DNA of 63,445 bases, filler included, from Bipalium vagum (taxonomy: Eukaryota), in the NCBI GenBank assembly GCA_037834085.1. It is 3 parts of 3 records of this genome, joined end to end, with 100 filler letters (N's around TTAATTAATTAA, not from the genome) between each part and the next. Parts side by side here need not be neighbours in the genome. Positions count along the whole stretch, not along the records: positions 1 to 26,581 come from JBBMKC010140564.1; 2 more parts are not named here. One strand, given 5' to 3'. Each line of letters opens with the position of its first letter. The first letter of the stretch is position 1. Under the pieces are notes generated by a model. It saw only the letters and a list, made by a program, of their open reading frames with translations. It was not told the origin of the DNA and ran no database searches. The position numbers and the translations under genes are program-made. Below, piece after piece: positions 1 to 12,296 of this stretch.

Positions 1-69
<69 letters not shown>

Positions 70-70
70 T
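1..70. repeat. (ATT)n microsatellite at window/contig start
   Basis: Perfect ATT triplet run. Confidence 0.95.
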
Positions 71-74
71 TATG

Positions 75-660
75 AAACCGGAAATTCATGTGCACTTTTT
101 TAATCTGCTTAATTTTATTAAGAAAATTATTGTAAAATAGTCCACTATGAATAGGTACCGCGTAGCTCGATGATCAAAGCTAGAAAATATATCTCTCTCA
201 GTTAGCAGATTGTACGGCTGCAACTGATTTCATATGACCGAAACTGTTTTCATCGAAAATTTCAAATCGTATGTTTCATTGATTGTGCTCAATTAGTCCA
301 TGATTATGCCTGGGACCTTGTGGTTTATTCGACATACTCACATGACATTGCGTCGCCGAATTCCCATTTATTATATTTATTCCAAACGGAAGAGAGTTTG
401 ATTCAATGGAAGCCATCAAAACCACAAATAGATAACTTTTTCACCAATAGGCAAGATAATCTCTTTCAACGAGCGATTCTCAGTTGTCTGACAAAAGCGA
501 AGGGTAATTCAAAAGAATGGGTCACAATTTCTTTAATAAGTGCTTTGATTTTTCAAATAAATTATGTTTCTCAAAATCCAAAGAACTTTCCGGGACATAT
601 TTATACAATATCATCAAAGAAAACACTGAATCTAATTACATCAATTAATCCGTTTCAATC
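75..660 (-). mobile_element. Highly degenerate Ty3/Gypsy RNase H-integrase relic
   Basis: Minus-strand fragments such as DIV*ICPGK (cf. IxYxPGK) and DIFSSFDHRATRYLFIVDYFT (cf. integrase DLF...YLxxVDYFS), broken by stops and frameshifts. Confidence 0.3.
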
Positions 661-2048
661 GTTAAACGTTTACAGTTGCCAATGGCAACGATCAGTTGAA
701 AGATTTAAATAATAAATTTGAGTCATTGAAGAAAAATTGAACGAGATAAAACGACAATAGAAGGCGAAGAAAACGAAAACAATGATAATAAACAAAATCC
801 AACCTTATTTTTTGAGACACATGAACAAGCATTTCCCATGACAATTTCAATTGAGTTTCTTTTACTGAAAAAAACCAAAATTAAAAACCGTTTTAATGAG
901 ATAATTCGCTAATTAACAGCAAAAAATGTCTTCTTAATGTCCCCGTGTATTCCCTTAAACAGTGTACAATTTAAATATATAGATCCCATTTATTTATTCA
1001 CTTAAACAAATCAATAAAGTGTGTGTGTGTCACGTTTAATGATAGGAAATTATTCCATACTGCCAATACTCAGACAACCCAGTCAAATCTGATTGAGCGT
1101 GTGTGTGTGGGTCTGTGACTATGCCAGTGACTGTGTGTATTTTGGGACTATTTTCATTGGAAACATTTCCTTCCGAACTGCGTTGTGGTAAAATCAATAG
1201 CATAAACAATAATGGGAAAATGCTCCACATTTTGTGTTATATATTGGTTATATAATTATATACCTCGACAGCAACAACGGCAACAGCGACCAACACAGCG
1301 ACCACCACAACAAAAACAGCAACAGAAATCCCCTTTATTTATTTACCTTTTACCAATTGTATTCTGCGCCCATTCAATGTGGTATCGACTGTGTCTTCAT
1401 TAGTCTCAAGACTGAACAATTTTCCCACTTGAAGATTTATCATATTGTTATGGTGGAAAGATCTCGCATAGTGTAGTTCTCGTGTGCTTTTTATGGTTAT
1501 ATATAAAAAGGGTTATTTATACCGTTTAGAAGTTTTTTAACAATTCGTCTCAAAAAGGGATTATTTTTAGTTTAGGAAGTGTACATAGAAAACAACCATA
1601 GACATTTGTTGCTGGCCTAAAACTCTGCAGACAGAACGGAATTTGGACTAGTACAATTCCATTGCCGGAGTTGAAACGATAAATATTTTATGCCGAAAAT
1701 CTATCAATGAAATTTATTCCATAATTTATATTGTCTTTAGTCACAGTACAAGTAATGAAAACAATAAAGGGTTGCAGAAGTTAAATAGATCAAAGTTTGA
1801 CTTTTTTATTGTCCCGAGTGGGGTCTCGGCTTAATCTAAATCTCAGTTCTGGGTATAATCTCCTACAAAAATCCAGAACTTTATAAATAAATCCAAATAT
1901 TGTGTTGTCTGTGTATATAATAAATTATTATTTGTAATATTAAATAATAATATATTTAAATAATAATTATATAAATATAATATTATATATACCTATATTT
2001 TATTACTATAATAATATAAAAGAAATAATAGAAATTAGAAGATAATCA

Positions 2049-2118
2049 ATATTATATTATATTATATTATATTATATTATATTATATTATATTATATTAT
2101 ATTATATTACATTACATT
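2049..2118. repeat. (ATATT)n pentanucleotide microsatellite
   Basis: Tandem ATATT units. Confidence 0.9.
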
Positions 2119-2879
2119 ATTTTATTTTTATGTAGTATTATTATTATATTATATTATTTTTTTATTATACAATATTATATTTTTTAGCTTAAAGATCGGT
2201 ATATTATAAAAATAACAATTTTCTTTTCTTTTTAATTTAAATTATAATATTAAATAATAAATTAAATTAAATATCTTTTCGAAAACTTTATTTTACGCGC
2301 AATTAATAAAATTTTAATTTCAGCACAGTGAAAATCTTTCGTTATTTAGAATTTTCTTCTTTAATGCTTCTTACTAAATATTTTATTTACCCCTCTTCCA
2401 TAATTAGACAATCTCACCAAATTCCTAACGAATGAATATGAGACAAATTATCACCACCACCAATTAAGCTGTGCAAATATTAATTAATTAATGTATTGGA
2501 CAATTTCTCTTTTGAAAAATGTTTGCTGAACTCCTCATTTAATAAGAAAAATTAAAAAAGAACTCCAAATATTACAAATCTATTAAAACCGGTTGAATTT
2601 CGCTGATCAAGGCGAGCTTCTCGCTAATAAAAGAAATAAGATTGAAGTGGTTTGTGGACTTAACGAGAATTTTATCCCAAAGTCATTAAGGCAAATTGTA
2701 CAGAAAACCTTAGAAATATAATACAATCAATAGTAAACTGAAAAATCTTCAAATGTTAATCGGTGAGTGTCAGAAGAGTTCGTCATTTGGACATTAGACT
2801 CCTCGGTATTACTATATCAATAAAATAAAATGAGTTGTGGCGAACAACAGCACTTCAAAAAATAACATAATGTCTGGCT

Positions 2880-3420
2880 GTAAAAAGTCTAAATTTTTAA
2901 CCAAACGTCAAAATTTATTTTACAAAATATGTCATAAACTTTTCAGTCAAAGTATTCACTATTGTTATTGGTCACTTTAAGCTATCTGACAAGCAGTTGA
3001 TGAATTCCGTCTGGAGAAAATTATAGCCATTTTCGGATTTCATCCATTGATTTTGAAGTATGTATCTTACAAGTTGTTCTGCACTGATCGGAATAAATGA
3101 GCGATGTTTGGTCAATAGGCCGAGTGCTTCATAATTTTCCAGTCAAACTTCATTTTGGTGTCCTTATTCTTTGAAACAATATGCGACCTGTCGTTGTCAT
3201 GTAACAATTTAACAGGAAGTTTTCCTTTACCAGAATACATATGTTTCAAATCCAGATTTTGAATAATTGGTCTTGACTACGATTGGCAGTAACTGTTTCA
3301 ACAGTTCCTAATATAGAACTCATTTTATATCCCACCAGATACCTACCTTATGTCCTAAACGATTGGGCTTTACGACCGATTTTGATAATTCTCCATTCAA
3401 TATAAATTTTAAAAATCAGT
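2880..3420 (-). mobile_element. Mariner transposase relic (3' part)
   Basis: Decayed IWWD, LHDN-like and PDIA...LFRSVQNNL segments on the minus strand. Confidence 0.55.
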
Positions 3421-6400
3421 TTATTATTTGGTTCCTGGAACAAAAGACTTCCTGGGGCTGATTGATCAGCTTTCATGTAATTAATAAAAATCCCAAGAAT
3501 AATTTTATCATAAATATATAATTCATAATATTACATATATATAAAATAAATAAACCATACAAATACTAAAAGAAAAAAATGTGTCCTTGCGCTCAGTTTG
3601 GTGATATCAATAGTTTTACTACTTAATATCGATTTATTCTTTTCTCATAATCTCTGAAGGCTTTAAGGGAAAATGTGTTCACAAAATAGCCGGACGGCAG
3701 TAACAACATTTCCATATGTAAATTTTCATTAACAGAAAGAGGAAAATTCCGAGAATAAACAATAAAAAATTAATATTTAAACGATTATTACATTTTTTAA
3801 TAACTTATAATGATCAATAGGTAACATGCCAATCATTTTATTTAATTATTTAATTTAAACAATTTTATTTTTAACGTTAATTGACAAGAGAAATAATTTC
3901 AAAGGAAAATGAAGGAAAATAAAAATGGAACTATGGGAAAAAATTGAAATAAATAATAAAAATTATTGATTTTTCGACATTACTTAATTTAATATTCATT
4001 GTGACAAAGGTTTTAAAAATTGGAAAATATTTTATAAAAATTATTTATTATGAATATAAAATAATAATTAATATTTGCAAAAAATAATAAAAAATAAATA
4101 AATAAATTTAATTAATTTTTTTGGTATAAAAACTTTTCAAGAGGTCGCCGAATTTTTTCTCTTTTCTCCTGTTTACTCTCTCTCTCTCTTTCCAAATTTG
4201 TATTCATCTCAGAATGATATAATGTTGATATTAAACTCGAAACGATTTTTTAAAAATTTATTTTCATTTATTTTGAATTTATTTGACTATTAAAAATAAA
4301 AAATATTTAATTTTCACGTTTAAATTACCGCGCAGCGGGTATTAATACTTTTTCATCTGTTGGGATCTGTGATTTTAATTCTAGATTTTTTTCTAATATT
4401 TTACTAATTTTTCCATGAAACTGCACTTAAATAATCAATTTATCTATCGAATTTTGCTAAAACTTTGATTTTATTTTAATGATATAAAACTTATCTGAAC
4501 GTTACCAATGTTTTATAAATAAAAAAATATAAAATGTTATTATACGAAATAATATATTTTGTGTAAATAAGAGAAAGACACTTTTCACATTTGATTGGTA
4601 GATTATTTTGTTTAAATGTCTCTGTTAAAATTGTTTATATTTGAAAATCGGATAATTATTTTTTATTTGTGGAAAACTTATAAATACAAAACTGGTGATG
4701 AACAGAAAACCCCGTTTTCAGATGTCGATCATGATCTTATTAAAGTCAAATGATTTTCAATTAATTATTCCAGGAAAAGAATATATAAACTTTTCTTTCT
4801 TTTTGCATTTTGATAAATAATAATTTTGTTTTAAACAAGCTTTAATAAAAAAAATAAATATGACAAAAATTTAAATTCGCATCAAGCACATTATACAAAC
4901 ATCACTACGGCACTACGGCACTACTTTAAAACTGTTAGTAGTTTGTAAATTTTTTCCCCCCTTTCTTTGCACCTGAAATATAAAACATGTTTTTTAATTG
5001 GATTAAGATCGCATAATTGTAAATTTAATTAAATAATAAATTTAAAATGTTATGTAATAATTGATTTCCAAAAAATCTGCACAATTTTTAAATATTCCCA
5101 TTTATCTATTATAAAATGTAATCAACCAATTTTCGCGCATACTTTTCACTTTAATTAGTTTACCCACTATCACTATTTAAGTTGTTTATAAACGAAGTCA
5201 GACTAATTATAAACTTGACTTGTTTACAAAATGTCAACTTATTTTCCAGCTGAAAATTAAAATGTTTGACAGATTTTTTTGTTAACATTTTTCAGACATT
5301 TCAATATTAAAGAAAAAAAACTAATCCCAATTGTACCGTATTTAATTTCAATAATTTCCAAAGCATTTCAATTAGTTAAGTAATTTTTTTGTAATTAAAT
5401 TTGTCTTTTCATTCAGCTAAAAATTATTCCAAACTTAATTCTTTTAATCAATCAAAATGATTTACATCGCAGCGAGGGAAATTTGAATTGAATAGTTTTA
5501 AATTTCAATTGGAGCTAAATGGAAACATAAAATTACCTTTGTTCATACACCAGCTGACAATAAAAAATAATACTTCCTCACGCAGAATGAAAGCGAATAC
5601 ACTGAATAATTATCGTGAATATTTAAGTAACAAACCAATTATATTATTAGCATAAATTTATATTGTAGGCCAATTGTATATTGTAATTATGATATTAATA
5701 TGTGCAGTGAATGTGTCGTTAGACTGATAAACATATTTTTTTTATTTTCAATTAAATGCTAATTGGATCCTTTCTCTTCGACTGAGGCTCATTTTTTGTT
5801 TCGAACAAAATTCCTCAGAAATGTTAATCTATTTATTTTTATTGATCGCCGAAAAGTTCATTGCATCAACAAATGACGTTTAAGATTCAGAAATACTAAA
5901 AATACTACTGGAAATCTAGTTGAGATTAACTTAAGATAAACTGGCCGTCATAACATTGCATTAGGATAATGTGTGAAGTCTTGTTTAGGTCATCAATTCT
6001 TCAGATGTGCAACATCTTAATAAATTCAAGCCGATAATGTTAAAAAACATTAGGCAACCTTTACAAGCCCCGAATTATGCTAACTAACTTGTTCACGTGT
6101 GATTCATTTGACCATAACAAGTCATCCAGTTTGGCTGCATTTGACAGAATAAGCCTTGTGAAGGCCAAGCATTTTGTTGAATCAAATTATTAGATTTCCT
6201 GCTTTTTACGAACTGTATGGATGCAAACAAAGTCTACCACGGAGAATACGATGAATATTACTTTTTGATATATTTAGAGACATAAACTGTTCCAGTGACA
6301 CCAAATTTATTGTTGCTTTTATGTCTTTTGAGTTCATCCTCAACAATTGACTCTTCTTTCTCCAAAATAGGTCTAGCAGAACTATTTCTTTCACTCACCT

Positions 6401-7059
6401 ATTCTGCGTCTAGAAGTCTTTTACAAGGTTTTATGATTGGTGCTCTGGTGACTCCTGAGATTTGATTAGTACCATCAAATAAAAATAATTGTTAGTCATT
6501 TAAAAAGCAACAGACCCTCTGACCATACAAATAATTGGAATATATTTAACTTATTAAACACGAATTAAAATATGATAAAGGATTATCTGAACTTGAACGC
6601 AAGTTCGAAGCCTTCGGACTGCTAATGAAAATTCCGAAAAAGATATAAAGCTGAATTTACAGAGAAAATTAAATATTAAATGGGAGGATGGTGTATTTGA
6701 GATTTGACAGACGTGTGAAGAATGAACTCAGAACTAAACATAAGAATATTTTTTGAAAATTATTATAATTATGATTGGCCGTAATATAGTTGAGGGATTT
6801 TCTCCTAATAATGATAGAACTAACACAATAATTGGTTTTTCTTCTAATTATATTAGAATGATTGTGTTACTATTATACTTAGACGTAGAAACGTGTGCTC
6901 GTGTGTTCATGACTCCTCACTTTTTATAAATCATTGTGTCCGTAGCTCCTCTCAACCTTTTCGAATCAAACACCCACAACAATACTGTATCCGCATCCTA
7001 GGAACTGAATCAAGACGTCCACAATAAAACTTTATTGATGAAAAAAAACACAATGCCTA

Positions 7060-7690
7060 TTATGCTGATCTCCACTATGAATCTCTAATAAGTCCAATCA
7101 CTGAAAAATGTCACTAAATAAAAAATACAAAAAATGATTAAAATAAACAAAACTACTGCTTTAATGAAAGAGATAAAAGGAAGAAGATTTTTCAGAAAAT
7201 AACAGAAAAATAAATAAATCAATCAAAACGATCTCACCAAGAGCGACAAGGGGTCCCCAGGTCTCCCTCTAGACCCTTCTCAGGTCGCCTAGGCGTTCCC
7301 AAGCTCGCTGAGTCCCCTTGTAGAATCCTCCTGCGAAGTCAAATTCACTTGAAAATACCTTGAGGTCCTGTCTTCGGCTCGTAGTTGTTCCCTTGAATTG
7401 TCGTTCCCCTTTGTCGTATTCTCTGTTAGCGTATTGTCCTCTGTTTTTCCTTTTTCTTTTTAGTCGTCTCTTTATATACTCGTAGAGATTGGTTTACCAT
7501 CACCAATCCCTACACTTAGAGAAGGCTATTTTCCCTAATAGCCATTAACTATCTCCACGTCGAGATAGACTCATGTCAAGGCTAATGGAATCCTGTCAGG
7601 AAAACCATTAGCCTAATCTGGTGAAAAATCCCCACGGTGGGATTTTGTCATAAAAATGACGAAAAATGTTTTTAAAAATTTATTAAAAAA
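7060..7690 (-). mobile_element. Possible solo LTR / retroelement terminal repeat
   Basis: GC-richer non-coding block with a minus-strand GTATATAAAAGAG TATA-like box and a short inverted repeat near 7625-7645; no partner LTR seen. Confidence 0.3.
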
Positions 7691-8219
7691 ATTCTAATTA
7701 TTATTATTATTATTAAGTTGCAAAACAAAATAATATAATTATTTTTATTATTATTACTAATTATTATTTTTTATATTTTTTTAATTACTATTACTATTAT
7801 TATTATCATCATTATTATTTCTCCAAAACCCAACAATTGAAAGAATAAATTTTTCCCATTTTTAAATATGTATTGCATGTTTTCAATATGTTTTGTTTCG
7901 CCCAAAGGCACCTCTCAAAACATATGCACTTAAAAGGACCATATAAGGTCCTACTTTAATAATAAAAGAATGATAATAATAATTATTATAATTTTTTACT
8001 TTTTATCACTATGAAATCCTCATAATGTTTAACTCGTGATTTTACTGACTCTTTCTTTTAAATCAATTACATGTTCGAATCAAAACAATAACAATAAAAT
8101 TTTATTTGATCAGTACAAGAGTACACAACCCAAACAATTCTAATTATGTTTATTTGTAGTACAAGAATTAGATCGTAGGATTAATAAATAAAATTTGAAA
8201 CATACTGGACAAGAAACAA

Positions 8220-8640
8220 TTAAAAAAGGAAATCATTGTTCATAGGTGTCTATATTTTAGAATCCAGGCAAAAATTAAAGGAGGCAAATTATGCAACTCA
8301 GAAGAGATATTCGTATCAATTAAAGCAAATGACGAAATAAAGAATGATCTGAACGAGACAGACAATATCAACGCAGTTCAGAGATACGGTGATATTTTGA
8401 GAAGGCCAGAAATTAAAAACAAGGTCATTGAAGACCACGACCTCAAAATTTTTTTCAACAAAGAGTTGCAAGTTGGTCTTGTCAAAAGATAGATCATATT
8501 AGTCAAAGATATCTGGAAAAAATAAGTCGTTTTACGAATGTGGAATCGATCAACACTTGAGAAATAATTGTCTTAGAATAAGATATACAAGATGTGATAG
8601 AAATGGACATCGTACATAAGAATGTTACACAGATAATTAT
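8220..8640 (+). mobile_element. LTR-retrotransposon gag relic with two decayed CCHC knuckles
   Basis: FYECGIDQHLRNNCLRIRYTRCDRNGHRT*ECY at about 8530-8630. Confidence 0.5.
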
Positions 8641-9399
8641 TAAAGTTATAATTATTTTATGATTTTATTATTTTGAAAGTGTAGTTCCATGAATTTTTAA
8701 ATACATATGGAAGCATAGCCCCAGTGGTCGATTATATTGAAAAATTAAACAGTGATTATTGATCAGTTTATTATTAAGGAGCGTATGTTATAGAACTAAT
8801 TCAAAATTATGGATAAAATTAAGATACTAAAAATAAAAGAAAACGATATACCTCTGTAAAGAGATGAATTTTAGTAGCGAGCACTGAATGCGATTCAGAA
8901 ATTTGTTGACTATTTGTATAGTGATATTATTAGCAAATAAAAACGATTTAAATTAGACTAAAATTGTTTTGTTTGTTCTATATTTTTCTTTTAAAATTAT
9001 AATTTTTGGCTAATTTTAATAATTATTTTCTAAATTTCTTTTATTAACCCGTTTTAAATGTATTTAATTTATAAATACATTTAGCAATAAGCACTAAGTC
9101 GATTTTGTGGAAATTTATTATGCAAAAAAAGTGATCTTTGTTTCTTAAACAAAAAGGTGTGTAAAATACAAAATTAATTAACAAAAATTCGACTTATTTG
9201 TTTTAATATTTTAAATATGTATTTATAAATTATAAAAAATTAGTTATATTATATATCGCATCAGTATAATGTAAATATCCGATTTTGGAGCTCAACAAAA
9301 AATATATAATTAAATATATTCAATTTACATTTTTCTAAGAAATAAAATTTCCGAAAATTAATTTAAGTATTTGATTTTTTTTTAATGAGTCGATTTATC

Positions 9400-10059
9400 G
9401 AATTTAGTTGTAAATTAAAATTTTAATAATCTTCTCTATTGAAGAAAGATTATATATTATCTTAATAATATCTAAGTTTGAATCAATCAATTTATTAAGA
9501 CAAAAAAGAAGATTAGCAAAATTAAAAGAGACTGGGAGTGCTATTGATCTTTGAAAGTCTGGAAGACCATCAATTGAAGATAAAATATGCGAAATAAGTC
9601 AAATTTATTAAGAAAATTTTGAGACATTGCTAAGAACCTTTAAAACTGAACACAATATAGTAAGAAAAGTTCATCAACTTTATCCTCATAGGATCCAAAT
9701 TATCTATATGTTACATGATGGAGACTATATTGGAAAGATTGCAATGTGCGAAAGCCTAATTAATGAAATCAAAAATAATCCATCTTTTCCTCGAAAACTG
9801 ATTTTAACTGGTGAAGCAACCTTTTCCTAAAATGAATATGTCAACAACCAAAAGATATCCAAGACCTGCAATATTTATTAGGATATCATCAGAAATAAGA
9901 TAAGATGTTATTAACGACCTTTATAATCGCTTAAATAAGTGTACTAGACCAAAGGTCACTGCAGAAAAATACTAAATCGTAATAAATTAATGTTTTCTGT
10001 CGAATATATTTTACGGTATTAAATTTTAAAATCGGATTCTTACTTTTGAAACACCCTGC
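9400..10059 (+). mobile_element. Tc1/mariner-superfamily transposase relic with right TIR
   Basis: ORF 9627-9830 LYPHRIQIIYMLHDGD...NNPSFPRKLILTGEATF resembles HPYKIQ..QEL...D...F..IxFSDEATF; the element ends in CTTACTTTTGAAACACCCTG. Confidence 0.65.
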
Positions 10060-10333
10060 AGAATAACTGAATTAAAAAAATTTAAATTTGAAGCTCAAAA
10101 AATAATTTACTTTTTAAATAGGAAAGTACAATCTCCGTATTTATGTTCTATTCATTGTTCAATTGTAAGGTGACACCAACGTCTATTTATTTTCATGTCA
10201 TTACATTTATTCACAAAAATTTTTAATATTGATTTAATTTAGAAAAATTACACTATTTAATGTTTCGGTTCTGATTTAAGAACAGTGAGAATTCCGTAGA
10301 AATAATAACACTCAGACACGACTTTAATTAACT

Positions 10334-10339
10334 TTTATT
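10334..10339 (-). terminator. Polyadenylation signal of the neuropeptide gene
   Basis: AATAAA on the minus strand a few nt after the TAA stop; weak evidence in AT-rich DNA. Confidence 0.45.
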
Positions 10340-10343
10340 CAAT

Positions 10344-10777
10344 TTATATTCCGACAAACTTTGGGGCACCTTTCAACTGAACTCCGTTGGCTTTTCCAAT
10401 AATTTCTACATAACGTTTTGATTTTCCCACGAAACTATGAACGCGTTTGGCTGAACGCGGAGTGTCTGAATCATCTTTTGCTCTTCCAACAAAGTAAGGA
10501 GCCTCCTTTCCAACAAATTCTCGAATACGTTTCGCCCTTCCAACAAAGTAAGGGGCCTCCTTTCCAACAAATTCTCGAATACGTTTCGCCCTTCCAATAA
10601 TTTCTATGTAACGTTTCGCTTGAGCTTTGCATTCGTCAGAATCACAGTCCTCGTCAGATTCGTCATAAAAGCTTTGAACCGCAATGACCAAAGTAAACAA
10701 TGCGAAAAGAAAGAATAACTGAAACAATGAAACAGAGATAAGAAGAAAAATAAATACCATTGATATACCTTGTTCAT
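10344..10777 (-). CDS. Amidated neuropeptide precursor (PxFVamide / xREFVamide / YxEIIamide); exons 10777-10769 and 10718-10344
   Basis: ATG AAC AAG, then a 50-nt GT..AG intron (10768-10719), gives the signal peptide MNKLFFLFALFTLVIAVQS. It is followed by an acidic spacer and short peptides flanked by KR/K/R with Gly amide donors: YIEIIG, IREFVG x2, EAPYFVG x2, VHSFVG, YVEIIG, GAPKFVG. TATA box upstream and AATAAA just past the stop. Confidence 0.92.
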
Positions 10778-10816
10778 TTTGATGGTTGTGAATGTTTTTG
10801 GAGTAAGAGGTTTGGG

Positions 10817-10824
10817 TTTATATA
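10817..10824 (-). promoter_or_regulatory. TATA box of the neuropeptide gene
   Basis: TATATAAA on the minus strand about 40 nt upstream of the ATG at 10777. Confidence 0.6.
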
Positions 10825-11733
10825 GAGATTTGAGAAGGGCTCTAAATGGCCCAACGTAAATATTTGAGTGTTTGGACATTTTATTTATTTTTCATTAGCA
10901 CTTTGAATTGCCTAAAAAGCAATTGTCTTTTATTGACTTAGGAAAAGAGAATCTTGCTAGTCAATTTTACATGGTACAAATGTTAAGAAGAGTAAAAGTA
11001 AGAGGTTTTATAAATCGCAAATAAAATTTAATCTCTTCAAATTTGACTTATAAACCAGATTTGTGCTTTCATTTATAAATTGTAATGAAAATTTAGAACA
11101 AAAGAAAGTCATTTTATATTTTTGGAGGTTTCAAAAGTTTTATTTGGTTTTAATTCACTTTGTGACTTCTCAAGTGCTTCTCTGTCCTATCCCTATAATC
11201 AACATTTTAAACAAAAACCTGTACAAAATGTTGATAAATTCCGTCTTGTTTTATTATTTTTGGTTCTCCTTATCTTAAAACATTGATCTGACTTGTGCTA
11301 ATGAAAAATAAATTAAATTTCCAAATTGTGAAATTTATTTATTATTATTTTATTTGGATAATTTAAATCGCTTTTCAAATCATATATGTATGTGAACCCC
11401 AACTTCTTATTCTCAACCACCTAAATGAACAAGTAATCTCATTGATCCGAATTAATTTATTTCTAACTGTTTCAGCCATTCTTTTTACATCTTTTATTAG
11501 TTTACTAATTTGTTACAAAACTAGTTATAGTAAAATGGATAAAAAAGACCAACTCCCATTATCAATCTTCTGCTTTCTACATCATAAGATTTTGGAGGGG
11601 TGAATTTTTTGTTCATCAAGCTTAGTACTTCCACATATATTTTAAATAAAATTAATTAATATTAAATAAAAAAGCAGTAAATATTATTGGCTTATTTTAT
11701 ATTTAAATCAATATTTAACAATAATGAAAAATA

Positions 11734-12296
11734 TTAGGTTGAGGGGAAAGTAAATCAAAAGTCGGTAATTCACTATAGAAAAAATTTATTAATCAAAATA
11801 TGGACCATTGGCATTTACAAGATGATCGCAAACTGTGGTGTTGTCTACTCCAAATATGTCTGCAAGTGAACGAGTTGAGTGTTGGACTCGACCTTGGGTT
11901 TTAAAGACCTATTATTAATCGCTGATGGTCGACCTGAAAGACAGTGGTCTTCAATGGATATGTTCCCAGAATCGAACCCTTGAAACCAACGCTAAGCATC
12001 TCGTTTAATAACTGAATCCTTACCCAGTACTTGGCAAATATATCACGCAGCCTCTGATTCTTTAACTTATATTCATAAAGTAAGTAAGTTCTAATTTTCG
12101 TCGTTGTCATTGTCTGTTAAATAGCGTTTAATATTAATTAAAAAACCTAAAATAATAAAAAAAATTTAATTTAATAGAGGCTTACTTGACTTATTATTAT
12201 TTATCAATAAATACTAAAATATTAGTCAATATTTTAAAATACTTTTGGTTTAAAATTAGTATATGAAAAAGCGTCAATACTTTTCCCTCAACCAAA
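11734..12296 (-). mobile_element. Internally deleted mariner element with both TIRs and TA duplication
   Basis: TA-TTAGGTTGAGGGGAAAGTA ... TACTTTTCCCTCAACCAAA-TA; N-terminal HTH remnant MTTTKIRTYLLYEYKL...RWFQGF...SGRP. Confidence 0.85.

Noticed and set aside
320-712. 130-aa plus-strand ORF as a real gene
   Set aside because: Non-ATG start, no consistent splice model found, and the opposite strand shows retro-pol remnants.
4903-4924. Short tandem repeat CACTACGG x2.7
   Set aside because: Too short and isolated; consistent with replication slippage.
5750-6520. hAT-like transposase relic (QCYDGQ on the minus strand)
   Set aside because: A single short motif is too weak to call a family.
10481-10597. 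CRISPR-like repeat-spacer pattern (recurring TTCCAACAAA)
   Set aside because: It is the in-frame FVG codon repeat of the neuropeptide precursor; the spacers are duplicated and there are no cas genes.
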